From the NCBI GenBank assembly GCA_028534125.1, contig CM052817.1, forward strand, positions 84,570,001 through 84,634,000: a DNA stretch of 64,000 nucleotides, written 5' to 3'. The notes beneath the pieces are model-generated. The model worked only from the letters and a program-made list of their open reading frames with translations, did no database searches and was not told the DNA's origin. Both the position numbers and the translations under genes were made by a program. Origin of the DNA: Lama glama. Its lineage: Eukaryota. Each line of letters starts with the position of its first letter. Within the stretch, counting starts at the first letter, position 1. Shown piece after piece: positions 37,841 through 50,984 of the stretch.

Positions 37841-40179
37841 GTACTTGCACATTTGAGGCGTGCTAAATAAAGGAATAAGTAAAAAATTTAAAAACCTAAC
37901 AATTTACAATATCTCTGTTTCCGTAAGTGCCTTAGCAGCAAATGCTTTGAGTTTCATCAAAACAAGTTAGTTTACCAGAAACAAAAGTGAAGATATGAAT
38001 ATTATCTCTTTTTCAGTGGTCTCAAAGCATCAAAAAGCCAACCAAGGAATGGATCTTCCTGGTACTCTAGAGAAGTCTGAGATGCATGGAGAATTTATTG
38101 CAATGTTACATTTTAATATAATATTAAACTGAAGGTGAGAAAGCAAAGACTCACATAATAAAATTTTCTCAAATGAAAATCAGCAACCCTTTCACTCAAT
38201 TTTTAAAAAGTCTTCTCTGAAGAGATAAATTGTACCACAGCACAGTGGCTTCTTTATTAAGTTAGAGGGTCAGTAAAATCACTATCTTTATTTGTCATTC
38301 ATTCTTGGAGATTACATATCTTAACAAGTTCCAACTAAAACCAGTCTATGCAGGGTAAAAACTACTGATGACATGGGAAAAGTATTCTAGTCATATATAT
38401 ACCTATCTATTTAATCTGCTGGTTCTCCACTTTTTGCTTTCTTCTTTTTATCTGAATAAATAGAACTGAGCGACTAATTTATTACTCAGCAGCTGCTAAT
38501 CTTTTATACTTCTCTGCTAGTTTGGCCAGTATATTTCTATGTTGCCTTTTGGCTAGATAGTCTCTATAATAACAGCAATATAGGAATGAATATACAAGGT
38601 TCAAATTGTAGTGTAGTTTTTAAAAATCCTATATTGCACAGAGAGAGAGAGAGAAGAAAAAAATACTCAATAGACAGTTTAAACAATAAGTGGACTTTGA
38701 TAACAATGACCATAAGAAAAAGTCTCAAAAATATGGAAATTGGCCAGTGCAACAAACCTATCATTTTTATCATACAATGAGAAAGCAGAGTAGGAGGGAA
38801 CAGTAATTTCATTCTAATGCTTCTCTAACTCAAAAGCCATTTTCCATTAAGAAAAGTTTTTAGGTATTCATAATATTCTTTCTCCCTGAAATTAACAAAC
38901 TCTTTAATCCTTAAACTTTAAATTTTCTCTGTTCTAGTTGATCTCTTTTGTGGTTATGATCCAGCAAAAACCCAGAGTAAACATTTCTTCCAAAGTATTC
39001 TTTCTGCCGGCGTACAACAGTGGAAAACAGTGCAGGCTGGTAGACAAAGCATAACCCCATAGGAGCCAGAAGCTTTACTCATTTTCTGGAGCAATTCACA
39101 TAATCCTCTCCACTCCTTGAAACAATACCTACCTATAGCACTATATGCTCAGATAAACTGAATGGCTATCATTTAGGATTATTTCTCCCTCATAGACCCG
39201 AACTGAATCTTTTATATGAAAATAATGTGATTCAATCATTTTGTACAATCCTTATGTTTTTTGTATTGGGGCAAGCACAATGTTTTACACTGATTCATAT
39301 TCACAAAAGTCTCAAGATTTAGGATTAGAAATAAAAAAAATCAGATGAAGAAACTATAGCTCCTCAAGGGAGGTGATAAGGATAAATAGAATTATGATTT
39401 TCAGTCCCTGTGGATACAAAGTGGAGATCAGGAGATCAAATCTCTACAAAGTTCAAAGCAAATACACAGGAAGCAGTTGCTGAAAAACAGCAACTGAACT
39501 GAATTGAAAAACAGTTAAGATGGTGGTGTGAAAAGGACCCCATTTCAGAAACACAGATAGGAACTTAAATAGCTAAAGCTATGCAGATGGACTTTGTGAA
39601 GAAGACAGAAATTGTCTAAAGTAACAGATTTTGGCTAAGAATTAATGTATGATCATAAAAGATAACCTGCATATAACTGAATCATCTCCAAGTCAAGTAA
39701 ATGATGCCAGAAATTTCATTTTGATGGCAACTCAGATTATTCTCACATAGGGTGGGTATAGTTTTCTCTTGGTTTTCTTGTTTATTTTTTGGTCTCTGGC
39801 ATTTCTTTCAGTTTTCTTTTCTGGCTTTGAATGGAAAAGGCAAAAGACCCGATCTACCTTCGAAGAAAAAAATAGTAGTAACGAGCTCTACAAAGAACTT
39901 GAATCTCTTATCCAAGTGAGGTCCTAACAAACTCAAAGACCCTGACTTGACTGCTTTTCAGAATAGAATACATTAAAAAATAGGTCTCTAAAGAAAAACA
40001 CAATTTTTGTGTCAGTTGTTTTATGATAATTAAACCCAATGGAATTAAGGCAAGTATGAGGAAGTTAAAGAGTCTAGAAGATTGTTAACTATTGGTGTGC
40101 TGAGATCACTAACATGTGTGACAAAGGAGACACTGATCTGCCACATGATCCTGGGTGGAGGAAGAGAGAGCTTGGTCAG

Positions 40180-40505
40180 AGTTAGAAATATATTCAGGAG
40201 GTCAGTTACCTGGGCTGAAATAAACTCATCTGACATGATATTCTCATCTCTATCTAGTGGGCATTACTGCTACACATAAAGTATCTGCCTCTCTCCTTTC
40301 CCCATCCTGGTGCTCACTCTCTGCATCCTGTTTCATTGTCTCCTCAGATCACTAATCTCCATTCAGTAACTTCTACATTTATTTGCCTATTTGTTTACTG
40401 ACTTTCTCTGCATACTAGGATGTAAGTTCAATGAGGGACATTGTCTTATCATTGCTGTATCTCCTGAACTTGGTGGGTAGTGTTTATTGAATAAGTGAAT
40501 CAATT
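40180..40505 (+). mobile_element. L2 3' end
   Basis: actaggatgtaagttcaatgaggg...cattgctgtatctcc...tttattgaataagtgaat. Confidence 0.75.
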
Positions 40506-41864
40506 ATATTTGGCTTAGTGAGATGTTTGGAATGTGGCTCAAATGTATCTTTTGAAAAGTAAATATGAATATCTTGGTAGCTAGTCTGCATAGACAGCTA
40601 TAAGAATACTGAATGGAGGTTAAGCGATGCCTAAAGATAGTATTCAAATATGATAATTTAAGATTATTTTAGTGAGAATATCAAAGTGAAGTTGCAAATA
40701 GGCAGGGATATGGGATGTCACACATTTTAAGCTATATTAGGTGTAGAAAATAACAAATGCTATCTCCAAACAAATAACTCCAATTATAAATTACATTGCA
40801 AGGTGCTTTACTTCTACACAGAGCCCATGGACTATGAAGACCAAGACTAAGGAAGTACACCTGAGAAATGAAATTTATTTATCTGCTTTGACTCTATTTT
40901 TAGCAAAAAGAATCACTGTAATGGTTTGGTTACCTCATTCAGCTTGCTTTGGGTATACGAAATGAACATTTCAGAAATTTGTTTGAAAAGGAAAAAGAAT
41001 ATCCATTTTTGTTCTCTTTATCATAATGAATCAGGTCTAAGGTTATAATAAGAGTGCAAAATGGAACACAAGTAGCAATTTTTAAAATAGAAGTTATTCT
41101 CTAGAAAGTTAACTGTAAGTGAGTTCTGTCAAATTTAATAAAGGCAATTCTTCTTGATCGAACTATTTTGAGGTGTAGTTCAAAAGATGATTATCTAATT
41201 AAACTTGCCAGTTAAAATGTATGATAACTTTAAAACTGTACAGTTTTTCTGTGGGATGGAAAAATAAAATATAAAGCAGTATCTTTGTAAATCTTCCCAG
41301 TAACAAATTGTAAATAGGTGGGAGGCAAGCTATAGCCCTAGGGAATTTTTTTATTCTACTTTATAGACAGGTGAATGAAGCACTGAAATGTTAAACTACA
41401 AATCATTACTGAAGTCATAAGTACAATTTAACTGCTTTGATTTTCTAAGCAACTTTAGAAATATTTTGAAAGATTAATTTAATGCCTCCATTATATCTGA
41501 TACCCTCCCCTGCCAGCTACATGGGGTTAGTTGGGATGGGTTAGTTACCAAGAGTCATGGAAACAGAATGGCACCAGAGAGAATAATACATTTCTGAGAA
41601 GATTCCTAGGGTTATGCCAGACAAATTGTATCAGCTGACAGGAGGTACAAATGTGGGGGAAAAAGTGGGAGGCAAAGTAAGAGGTCAGGAGTCAGTGTCA
41701 ATCTGGGAAGAAGTGTAAAGGAAGAGTAAGGTGATGGAGTCTCGGAGGTTGGTTGGTAATAGGGCTGAAGTTCTTACAGCTTATTTTAAAAGATGCTGGT
41801 CTCATGGTGGATAGGTAGGTGGTAAGTTCAATATGGATACAAATTCTAGATATTGGATTTCAAG

Positions 41865-42390
41865 ATGCTGTGATTGGATGAGGTTTTTTGGAGTCTTGAA
41901 AGGGGGGGGGGTGAATAAATTCTGCATGTGCAGGGAATGTAAATAATTGTGACCGGAAGGTAGCCTATAGAACAAATTCTTTTTTCCAGAAGTGGAGTAC
42001 GTTTCATCATCCCTTGAATATGTTGGTCTTGTGCCTTTATTTGACTGATTTATGTGGCAGAAGTAATGCTGTGTGAGTTTCGAACCTTAGGACTCAAGAA
42101 GTCTTGCAGCTTTTATCCTCTCCCTGGGAATGCTGCCTAGAGTCTGCCATGTAAGGAAGCCTATCTAACATATTAGAAGATGAGAGGCCATGGGATGGAG
42201 AACCAGGGTATCCCATTTGATAGCCAGAACCCACTGACATCTGAATAGGACTATCTTGGATCTTTTGTCTGCTGATCTTGTAGCTAAATACAGCTGAATG
42301 AATGAGCCCAGACAAAACTAGGAGAAAATCTGCCCAACCAGCCCATAGATTCCTAAGAAATTACAGATTGTTGCTGTTTTAAGTCATAGT
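41865..42390 (+). mobile_element. MLT1 (F/G/H-like) LTR preceded by the 3' end of its internal region
   Basis: gtgaataaattctgcatgtg...aataattgtgacc (internal end), then tggcagaagtaatgctgtgtgag, gccatgtaaggaagcc, tgttgctgttttaagtca. Confidence 0.75.
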
Positions 42391-42649
42391 TAACTTAAAC
42401 AAATGGGTCACATTGAGGTTGTTCATCCATCCATCTATCCACTCCACATTTCTTGAATGTCTACAGTGTATAAGATTCTGGGGACATAAAAGATTCAGAT
42501 AGACATAATACCTCTTTTCCTCTAATCTTATCTTCCTGAAAAAAGAAAATAATATTAACATTTGGTATCCTGATATTCTTCCATATTTTTAATATGTGTG
42601 TGCATATACACATGAATATATATATATATACACATATGTGAATATACAT

Positions 42650-44060
42650 ATTTATAGAGGTTTTTATATCATAATAAGATCATATTATACATATTGCCCT
42701 ACAACTTACACTTTTTTCACTTAATTACATATCTTAGATTTTTTCAGGTCAGTGTAAAAACTCTCTTTAATAACTGCAGAATCATCTGTCATGTGGATGT
42801 ACCTTAATATACTTAATAATTACTTTATTGATAGCCATTCAGATTGTTTCCAGTTACTTTATTGTTACCAACAATGTTGCAGTAAACACTCTCCTACATA
42901 CACCCTTCTATATTTGTGATTTTGTTTTCCATACAATGAATTTCTACAAGTAAAATTACTGAGTCAAAGGCTATGCACATTTAATATTTTAACAGAAACT
43001 GTCAGATACTTTCCAAAAAGAAGAAATTCAAACTCCCATCATCAGTTCATGAGGGGGAGGGGTATAGCTCAAGTGATAGAGTGCATGCTCAGCACCTTAG
43101 AGGTCCCAGGTTCAATCCCCAGTACCTCCTCCAAGCGGAAATCAACGAATATAGCTAATTACTTCCCCCTCATAAAACAAACAATACAAGCAATCAGTTC
43201 ATGAGATTGCCTGAGCTCCACATCCTCATTAGCTCTGGAAATATCAGTCTTAAATGTTTGCAGTGATAATGGTTGAGAAATTATATATGGTTATTTTACT
43301 TTGCATTTTTCTTGTTATTTTCAGGTTGGGCATTTGTGTCTTTGTGAATTGTGCTTCTTCTTTAAACTGTCTTTGTATTTTCTTTGCCCACTCTGGCAAG
43401 ATTTATTGTTATGCTTATTGATTAGTAGAAGCATTTTGTATCATAGGAATGTAACTATTTGTTAGTCATGAGTTTTGTACATATTATCTTTTAGAATATA
43501 GTTTTTTTCTTGACTTTGTTTATGGTGTTTTATACCAAGCTGATTTTTTTGTTTTACCATTAAAAAGTTAATTATCTCCTTTATTGCTTAAGAATTTTCC
43601 CACTTTGAGGTTTTATAGATAATCTCCTATTTAGAAAAAATTTTAATTGTTTTATTTTTAGGTTTAGATTATTATCCTATGTAAAATTTATTTTTATATG
43701 AAGTGAAGATCTGCCTTTATTTTCTTCCATTGGTATATACAATTGTCCAAACATCGAAATTGAAATACTTCTTTTAGCATATATTAAGTTATTATATATG
43801 CTTGGATTTGTTTTGGATTTTCTGATCTGTTTCATTTATCTATTTGGCTATTTCCATGCTGGTATTATACCAATCTAATTAGTGTAGTTTCATAATATAA
43901 ATGTCTTGTAAGTACAGTTTCACTGTCCCACTCTCAAATAGCTTGGCAACAGTCGCATATCGGTTCTTTTACATGATCTTTAAAGTATTTTCCCAGTTCT
44001 TTAAGAAATTCATTGATAATTGCATTGAATTTGTGTAATTACTGGGAAAAATTTCCATTA
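42650..44060 (-). mobile_element. Ancient L1ME-like fragment
   Basis: Antisense L1 text: gattgtttccag, aattactgagtcaaaggctatgcacattta, attgcattgaatttgtg. Confidence 0.75.
43054..43192 (+). mobile_element. tRNA-derived SINE, Vic-1-like (camelid)
   Basis: ggggaggggtatagctcaagtgataga (A box), ggttcaatcccc (B box), A-rich tail, perfect 13-bp TSD atcagttcatgag (43041-43053 / 43193-43205). Confidence 0.9.
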
Positions 44061-44559
44061 TTATAGTATAGTTTTGTCTTTCCCTTCCTTCCTTCAGCCT
44101 TGGGAGGATAATTTTTTCCTTTACATATCCCTCAGAGATGAGTTCTCCTAAACCTAAAATGTAATTTCCACAGAAAATTTTGTTGCTTCAACATTTAACT
44201 AACAGAGTATTCTTAATTTTATGTAATTGAATTCTTAAGGCAAAATGTAACAATAAAGATAAAGGAATAAAACAATGTGAATGATGCAGAAAATCATCAC
44301 TACTATAACTGACAATGAGCACTTGGAGGAAAGAATAGAAGGCGTCACAGACCAACCACATCACTGCAGAGGTGGCAGCATGTTGGTGCTCACCTCCAGG
44401 CACTTGACTGCTACTGAGGACAGAATCTAAGTGAGTTCGTATATTTGCAAAGCTGCAATTGCAGCAAGATTGAAAATTCACCTCACTAGCTGAAATAGGG
44501 TGTAAGATGAAGTAACTCACAAAGTCACATTCTTGTAGCTTGAATAAGGCTTTCCAAGA

Positions 44560-44670
44560 TCATGGTAGACTATAAGCCTTTTCAGCTCTTGTTTTGTATC
44601 CTCACCCAACACCCGATACAATGCTTCTACACTGTAGGTTAGTAAATAAATGTTTAGTAACATTGTGAAT
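44560..44670 (+). mobile_element. L2 3' end remnant
   Basis: tagactataagcc...tttgtatcctc...acaatgcttctacactgtagg...aataaatgttt. Confidence 0.55.
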
Positions 44671-47449
44671 TGATTCATCCAGAGAAAGAAGGTAAATGAA
44701 TTAACTTCTGGAAAACTGGCAGACTTTTTTTTTGTTTGTTTGTTTCTACTGTTTTTCTTGCACCAGCCATACTGTAGGAGACAATGTTCCTGAACCCACA
44801 TTGGCACTGTCAGCTGTCCTCCAAACTTTCCATTTAGATATATTATAACCCCTATTTTTGGAAGGTTGATCTACTTTGTATAAGAGGTTTTGTTTAATAC
44901 GTTTTTGTGATTGCATCTGAGTTCTATTTGGCATGCTATCCTCACCAGGACTTTCTGTTATCTAAGTAAACATTTGTACAGAAACAACTTCAGGATTTGG
45001 GCAGCCCAGTGTGAAGTGTCCATCTAAGGTATGAGCAAATTCGAGAGGTTAGGGGGTTCAAAGTAGGCGTTCATTATAATTTTAATGACCTTTAGAGTTC
45101 TCACCCAAGCAGGGAAAGCTCTGACTGGAAGTCAGAATAAAATACAGAGAGAAAAGTCCTCTTGTCAAAAACGAACAGTTAGGGAGTACACAAATACACC
45201 AGCAATTTTAATTCCATGTGAAAAAAGTCACTGAAAAGTAAGCTTTGAGTGCCATAGACACATAAAGAAGGTCATCCAGCTAATCATGTTGTGAATCAAG
45301 ACAGAATCAGGAGAATCAACTACAGGTTTTGTGATCAGAGATGAGGTTCAAATAAGTAAAAGGAACAGTTGGAAACAGATTTCTGGATGATTTAAAGAGA
45401 AAATATATTCTAAAGGACTGCGGATATTTAGACCTTCAAAGATTATTTAGTGGAGATTGCTTGCTTCTACCTCTTTTTCTGCTTTGTCTGTACATATTTC
45501 CCTTAAGAGATTCCAGCTGACTCTTTCTAACTATCTTAGAAGAAAAGATGCAGCTTGCTCCAAGGGCTGTGGCGAAAGAGGGGCAGTGAGTTCAGAGACT
45601 GGGTCTGGAAGGACTTGGTTATGACCTGTCAGCCTTACTGTTGATCTGGCCAGAGATGCTATCTATGGTGCTACCTGCTAGAGTTCAGTCGTTATATAGG
45701 TAACCCTCTGAACACGTGGTGCCCTGTTCTGATAAAGCATTTTGCTTTCTCCACTAGGCTGAACCTTCCTATGCCTGGGCTAGTTCCCTTAGGTCTGTCC
45801 TAGTGGAAGAACGGGTTACTGCCAGCTTCCTTTTGCTCCAACCAGTCCATCTTGAGAAATAATACTTTTATTCCACTTTCAACCTTTTCTCTCTTACAAT
45901 ACCATCAGTTTAAATATGTGTATCAGTCTATTTTGGGATATGTTTATATTTGTGGCACAATTTTGAGAGTCTGAGAAGTTTGGGGAAAAGTCACTTTCAA
46001 ATCAGAAAATATAAGAACTAACTTTGTACTGCTCTTTTACATTTATAAGCACTTTATATATACATTATCTTATTTAATCTTCCTAACAAGTCCATGAAAT
46101 TTTTGGTTAAAGGAAAAGCATTGACTAGTATTATAGCATATAGAAGGGAAAAGTAGCCAGAATGGAAAGTATAATTAATGAAAAGTTATTTTCTGGGTTG
46201 AATATCACTTTTTTGCCATTAGTTTTTGAGATTTTAGGGCATATGGGAAATTTTGCCATCTTGTGGAAATATGTTACAAATCCTGAAAACTGGCACATGC
46301 ATTCATTGGGTGTATAGTTTGGAGTGCACCATGTATCTTTTATAGACAAATTTCTCATAGTTCAGATGTGCAGAAGTGTTGGTAAACAGGTTGTTATGCA
46401 ACCGATTTACTAGAAAGTTTGTTTCTCTTATGCCTACTAAAATCAGCAGTAAGACATCAGTTTTCTTTCTGTAATAAATAGGACACCTAGCGTATTAGAA
46501 TTATGGGACTTTGCCTCTCCTTGTGCTTAATGGGATGGAGGCTAATTATCAAACTAGGACAAGGCCTGGTCCCTTCTTTCATTCAACATGGGTCCATTTA
46601 TGGAAGCCCGTGCAGTTGGCAGAGTTGCTGGGAGAGCTGTTTTCTGGGCAGATGACAGCCAAGAGTCTGATTACATTTTAGACTAATTTTTATAGTTAAA
46701 GAAACTGCCTTGTCCATTCTTTTGATTTGGTCTAAAGACAATGGACAGAAAAAATAGTATGCACCTTATGAATCGCTCGTTTTCCTAGTATGTTCAGGTG
46801 GTGTAGACTATTTTGGTTATAAAGTAAATTTGACTTTGATGTTTATGGCAAACCAAGCTTGTGTAGTTTTCAAATTTATGAGCCATCAGTCTTTTATTCT
46901 TCAAAAAAGTTTTGAAGTCTTCTGGTAAAACCTAATTGGTCTCCCTTTTGGGTATTCTCTAATTCATTTGTATGGTGGAGTCCTTGCCTCCTATTTGTCT
47001 ATTACTTATTATATATTATATGTGCTGTAATGGCATCTCTTACCTAATTTTCTCCCTGATTTGTTTTCTGAGTCAAAGCCTCTGTTGTGTAGAGGGGATC
47101 TTTAATTGGCTGACTCATTCTCTGTGTTGATTTTTTTCTAATGGTAGTTTATTTTTTAGCCATTTTTCTTTTCAAGTAAATTGAGTCAGTTATTAGACAT
47201 TTTTCAATATTTTTTAAAAAAGGGATTAGAAAAATTATTAGTATTAACTTGTACTATTCTCACATTTATTTTCACATTAACAGTGGTTTAGTTTCCGTAG
47301 AGAAGTCTGCTTGTGGGCTCTTTCATTCCTCTGAAGTTGCAGCAATTTGCTTCAAAGTGGTGACAGTTGTCCCAAGGATTAGAAATGTTATTTTAGAAGA
47401 TTTATAAACCTTTAAATGAATAACTTCTAGTGACATATTTATTATTATA

Positions 47450-47590
47450 TTCAGTTCAGTTCAACAAACACATAAGGATGATCTATTGATGATCTATTGT
47501 GCCATACATTTTTCTAGGAACTAAGATTATAATGAGACATTGTCCCTGTTGTGAAACATATTACCATCCAGGAGGGGAAAAGATGATATA
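47450..47590 (-). mobile_element. L2 3' end remnant
   Basis: ttcagttcaacaaacacat...ctattgtgccatac...ctaggaact...gacattgtccctg. Confidence 0.55.
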
Positions 47591-48665
47591 AATTCTGCTC
47601 TTCAGCATGGACTACCTAGACTTTACACGTATGCAAGAGGTCTACTCTTTTCTATTGGGCATTTAGGATATACCTTTTATTGGAATATCTAAGGATTAGT
47701 GTAGGATCTTTTGTTAAAAGATAAGAAGCTTGGTCAGATATCCATTACTTTATCTTAAGTGTAGATATGTATTGTTCACATATCAGATATTATCTATAGA
47801 AAACAGAGTTGTGCAATTATTATATTGCATACTTTTGACCAAACATAAATAATCAAGGTCAGAGCAGGCACTCTTTCTTCCCCAAGTTAGTCAGTCACAT
47901 CCTTAGTGTTCACTACATGGACATTGTGAACAGAGTCTGTGCCTTGTTATACATGACATTGAACCTCAGCGCACTTGCTGCCTGTTCATGACTGAGAAGT
48001 ACCCTGAGCTTTCCCTAAGGGTTTTAAGAATTGTTTTCCTTTTTTTTACATGCCAGTCAAGGAGACCTGTCTGGCAGTAACCACCCTACAGGCAGACATT
48101 TATAGAATTTAAAATCCTCAGCACTGCTCCCCACATCTCCCCAATTTAGAAGTTTTTCTAGGAAAACTACAAATTCCTGCCTTCAGCTTTTTTTTTTATC
48201 ACCCTCTTTTACGATCACTAGCAAATGGAATTTCAGTGTGCGCTGTATCCTTTAGAGAACTTATTCACTAAAAAAGGATTTGAATCTATAGTAATTCAAT
48301 ATATTCAATTTAGACCAATTTGCCATTAATTTCTTGGTCTGTTATAGTAATAAAGATATTCATGACAAACTATTTTTCTATTATCTTTAACACTGTGGGC
48401 ATTAGACATACTATTTTAATGAGATTTCTTCTGACTTTGGCATTTTGCTAATGAAACAATTTAAAGTGTGACTCTTATTTACAGTCAATGCATATTGTAT
48501 CACTGATCTAATAATCATTGATAACTGCAAATATTTTGAATTTCTGAAGATTTTTCTGTCAAAGATACTTTCAAATATAGACAATCACTTTGGAAAATCC
48601 CAAGCCCTTTTTTGAGGGCTGTTAACAACCCGCAAGGGTTTGGGCTGTTCTTGTCATCACAGTTT

Positions 48666-48681
48666 CCTGGAGATGGCAGCA
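48666..48681 (+). promoter_or_regulatory. CTCF-like motif in unique sequence
   Basis: CCTGGAGATGGCAGCA; 14/16 match to CCASYAGRKGGCRSYV. Confidence 0.45.
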
Positions 48682-50559
48682 AAGTACACAGAAGCGAGGG
48701 GACCAACCATAACACACAAACAAGTGGCGAGATTAATGGCGCTGTGCAGTTCTGGGGATGCCTGACAGAATGCATCGGCCTCTTCTGTTCTCAAGTGACA
48801 GGGCAGGTAAACAGAGAGCTGATGTATGTTTTAATTTGATTTTTGATTATGTTGGATAGCTTCCCAAAAAATCCTGTACAAACTGCTGGTTTTATTTTAT
48901 TCCTCACCTATAGTAAGTCCACAGCTCTCCTGTCTCCTGCTTGTTGGCTGCCCTTGTTTCTTTCATGGTAAAAGTATTGAGAGATCTCCATAAGAAACAT
49001 TTTTCAAAGCCTTTATTTTATGTACCAATCTACAGCATTTGTTATCCTTACTTCATTTTCATATAGCTATTTCTAATCTTGTAGCACACTGCATTTCAAT
49101 CCCTCTGGGTTGTCAGATTTTCAGAATCTATAATGGGATGATTAACTGGCAAGACGATGCACAGGCTAATAACAGATTGCAAAGGACATCATATTAGACA
49201 TTGTAAAAGCCCTCTTTATTCCAAAGTATACATCCAATAATGCCCCAGCAGACATGAGTAATGAGCATTGTACCCAGAATAACAGGGACCCTATCCTTTT
49301 GGAATTTGTGCAGAAATGTTATTAAAATGAAAAAGAGAGGACTTCTTTCTACTGAATTGCAACTGTTGGTTTCAATGCTAAACTTGTTTGTCAAAGTGCT
49401 GTTGCCTGGAATCAGTGAAAGCTTATATAAAACCAAAATATTTCACAACTTGGTTGCTTTGGAGGAAGCTCAATGAAGGGTTTTTTAGTTTCAAGATCCA
49501 GTCCTTTTTAGCTAAAATGAATAGCTATTTTTTGAGAGTATTTTTGAAGTAAATTTTACTTATGAGAAAAAAAGTGCATCCTTGATGAGTAAAGATTTCT
49601 AACATCAAATATTGAACATAAAGTTAAAAAATAGAAGGATATGTACTTTCTCAGATAGTAGGGAAGTGAAGTGAATTGATCAAATTGTTGGTTTTGGTCA
49701 GAGTGTTTAATTAGTGTAATACATTTTGGTGCAGTAAGAACCTGATTTTTAGCTGGAAATATAGCAGAAGCATTATTCTGTACTTATATGGTAGAGAAAG
49801 TTCTGAATTACTCCTTTACATTTAAACAATTAATGGGCTAAATACAAATCATTTCCATCTATTCACTTGAAAGAGACAACTTGGGATAAGGTAAAGGAGT
49901 ACTAAAATGAAGTCCTGGAGGTTTGACTTCAAATTTGGGTGCTGTGGTTCCTCTGCAGTCATTTAACCCAAAGATACTTTTTTGTTGGGTGAGGGCTAGT
50001 CTACACCTAAACTTTCCTGAACTTCATGTTTCTTCTTCATATTGTAATGAAGCAAATTCACAGACTGGAAAAGACATATAAACCTAAACATAGGATGGGC
50101 GAAGAGAAACACATATTTAAGGGTGTGTATATTCATAGTATGATGATGAGTTATTAAAAACAAAAAACATTAACTAGTAGCAGTATCTACTTTCCCCATT
50201 GTTACTGTATGGAAAAAAAATCTCAAGAAAGAACTTTTGAAAGGTCCAAATTTCCCTTCTCTCACTCTAGAGATATTTTTGCTTCAGAATCTTTGAGAAG
50301 GAAGTAGGTAGGAAAGTGCATAATGGAATGGGAAGAGTGGCCAAGTTTAAAGGTGACAGGGGTGGGGAATGTTGAAAGTCCCTGAGATTAAGAGCAGGGC
50401 TGGGAGTTTGTGACCACACTTGTGGTTGGGTGGGGGCTGCTACAGATTCTTGCAATAGTAACATTGGGAATGCTGGCTCTTTATTGCACAATAGCCAAGT
50501 ACTACTATACAGACAGTAGGGTGTTTTATGATTGTTAACAAATTTAATGCTCACAACAC

Positions 50560-50690
50560 TCCTTTTTAGTAGATTCTGTACTAGTGTGTTCTAATAATTT
50601 TATAGATATTAGGCACAAACAAGTTAAATAACTTGCTCAAGTCAAAAAGTAAGTGGATTTGAATATGGTGGTCTGAGCCTGTGTTCTTAA
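50560..50690 (-). mobile_element. MIR remnant
   Basis: attttatagatattaggcacaaacaagttaaataacttgctcaagtca...ggatttgaa. Confidence 0.55.
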
Positions 50691-50984
50691 TGACCGGACA
50701 CTTGCACTGTGGCCTGAAGGTCATCCGTGTGTCTCTGTGGACAAGTATGTGAACAGTGGCTCGAATACCAGTTCTTGACAGCAGCATGAAGGTGAAGAAG
50801 CAGCAGCTGCAATGTTGGAATCATCATGGATGAAGGACCAGGTCCCTCTTGGTTTCTGGTATAATGTAAGCCTATGATCCAAATATCCAACAGAAAGGAA
50901 AATAACACTGATAATGACTAAGATTGGATTCCCTGCCAGCCAGGTGGATGGGAGCATACAGCTGAATACGTCCAAGCATATTTA

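Noticed and set aside
34870..37866. Cluster of ORFs on both strands
   Set aside because: All lie inside the decayed L1; minus-strand ones are frameshifted ORF1/EN remnants and plus-strand ones are antisense artefacts.
43054..43130. tRNA gene
   Set aside because: A and B boxes are present but so are a SINE tail and TSDs, and there is no intact cloverleaf or T-run terminator; same for 16561-16689.
47479..47499. Short tandem duplications (also about 26371-26396, 29844-29881, 32482-32500) and TA/CA microsatellites
   Set aside because: Ordinary slippage events, mostly within old repeats.
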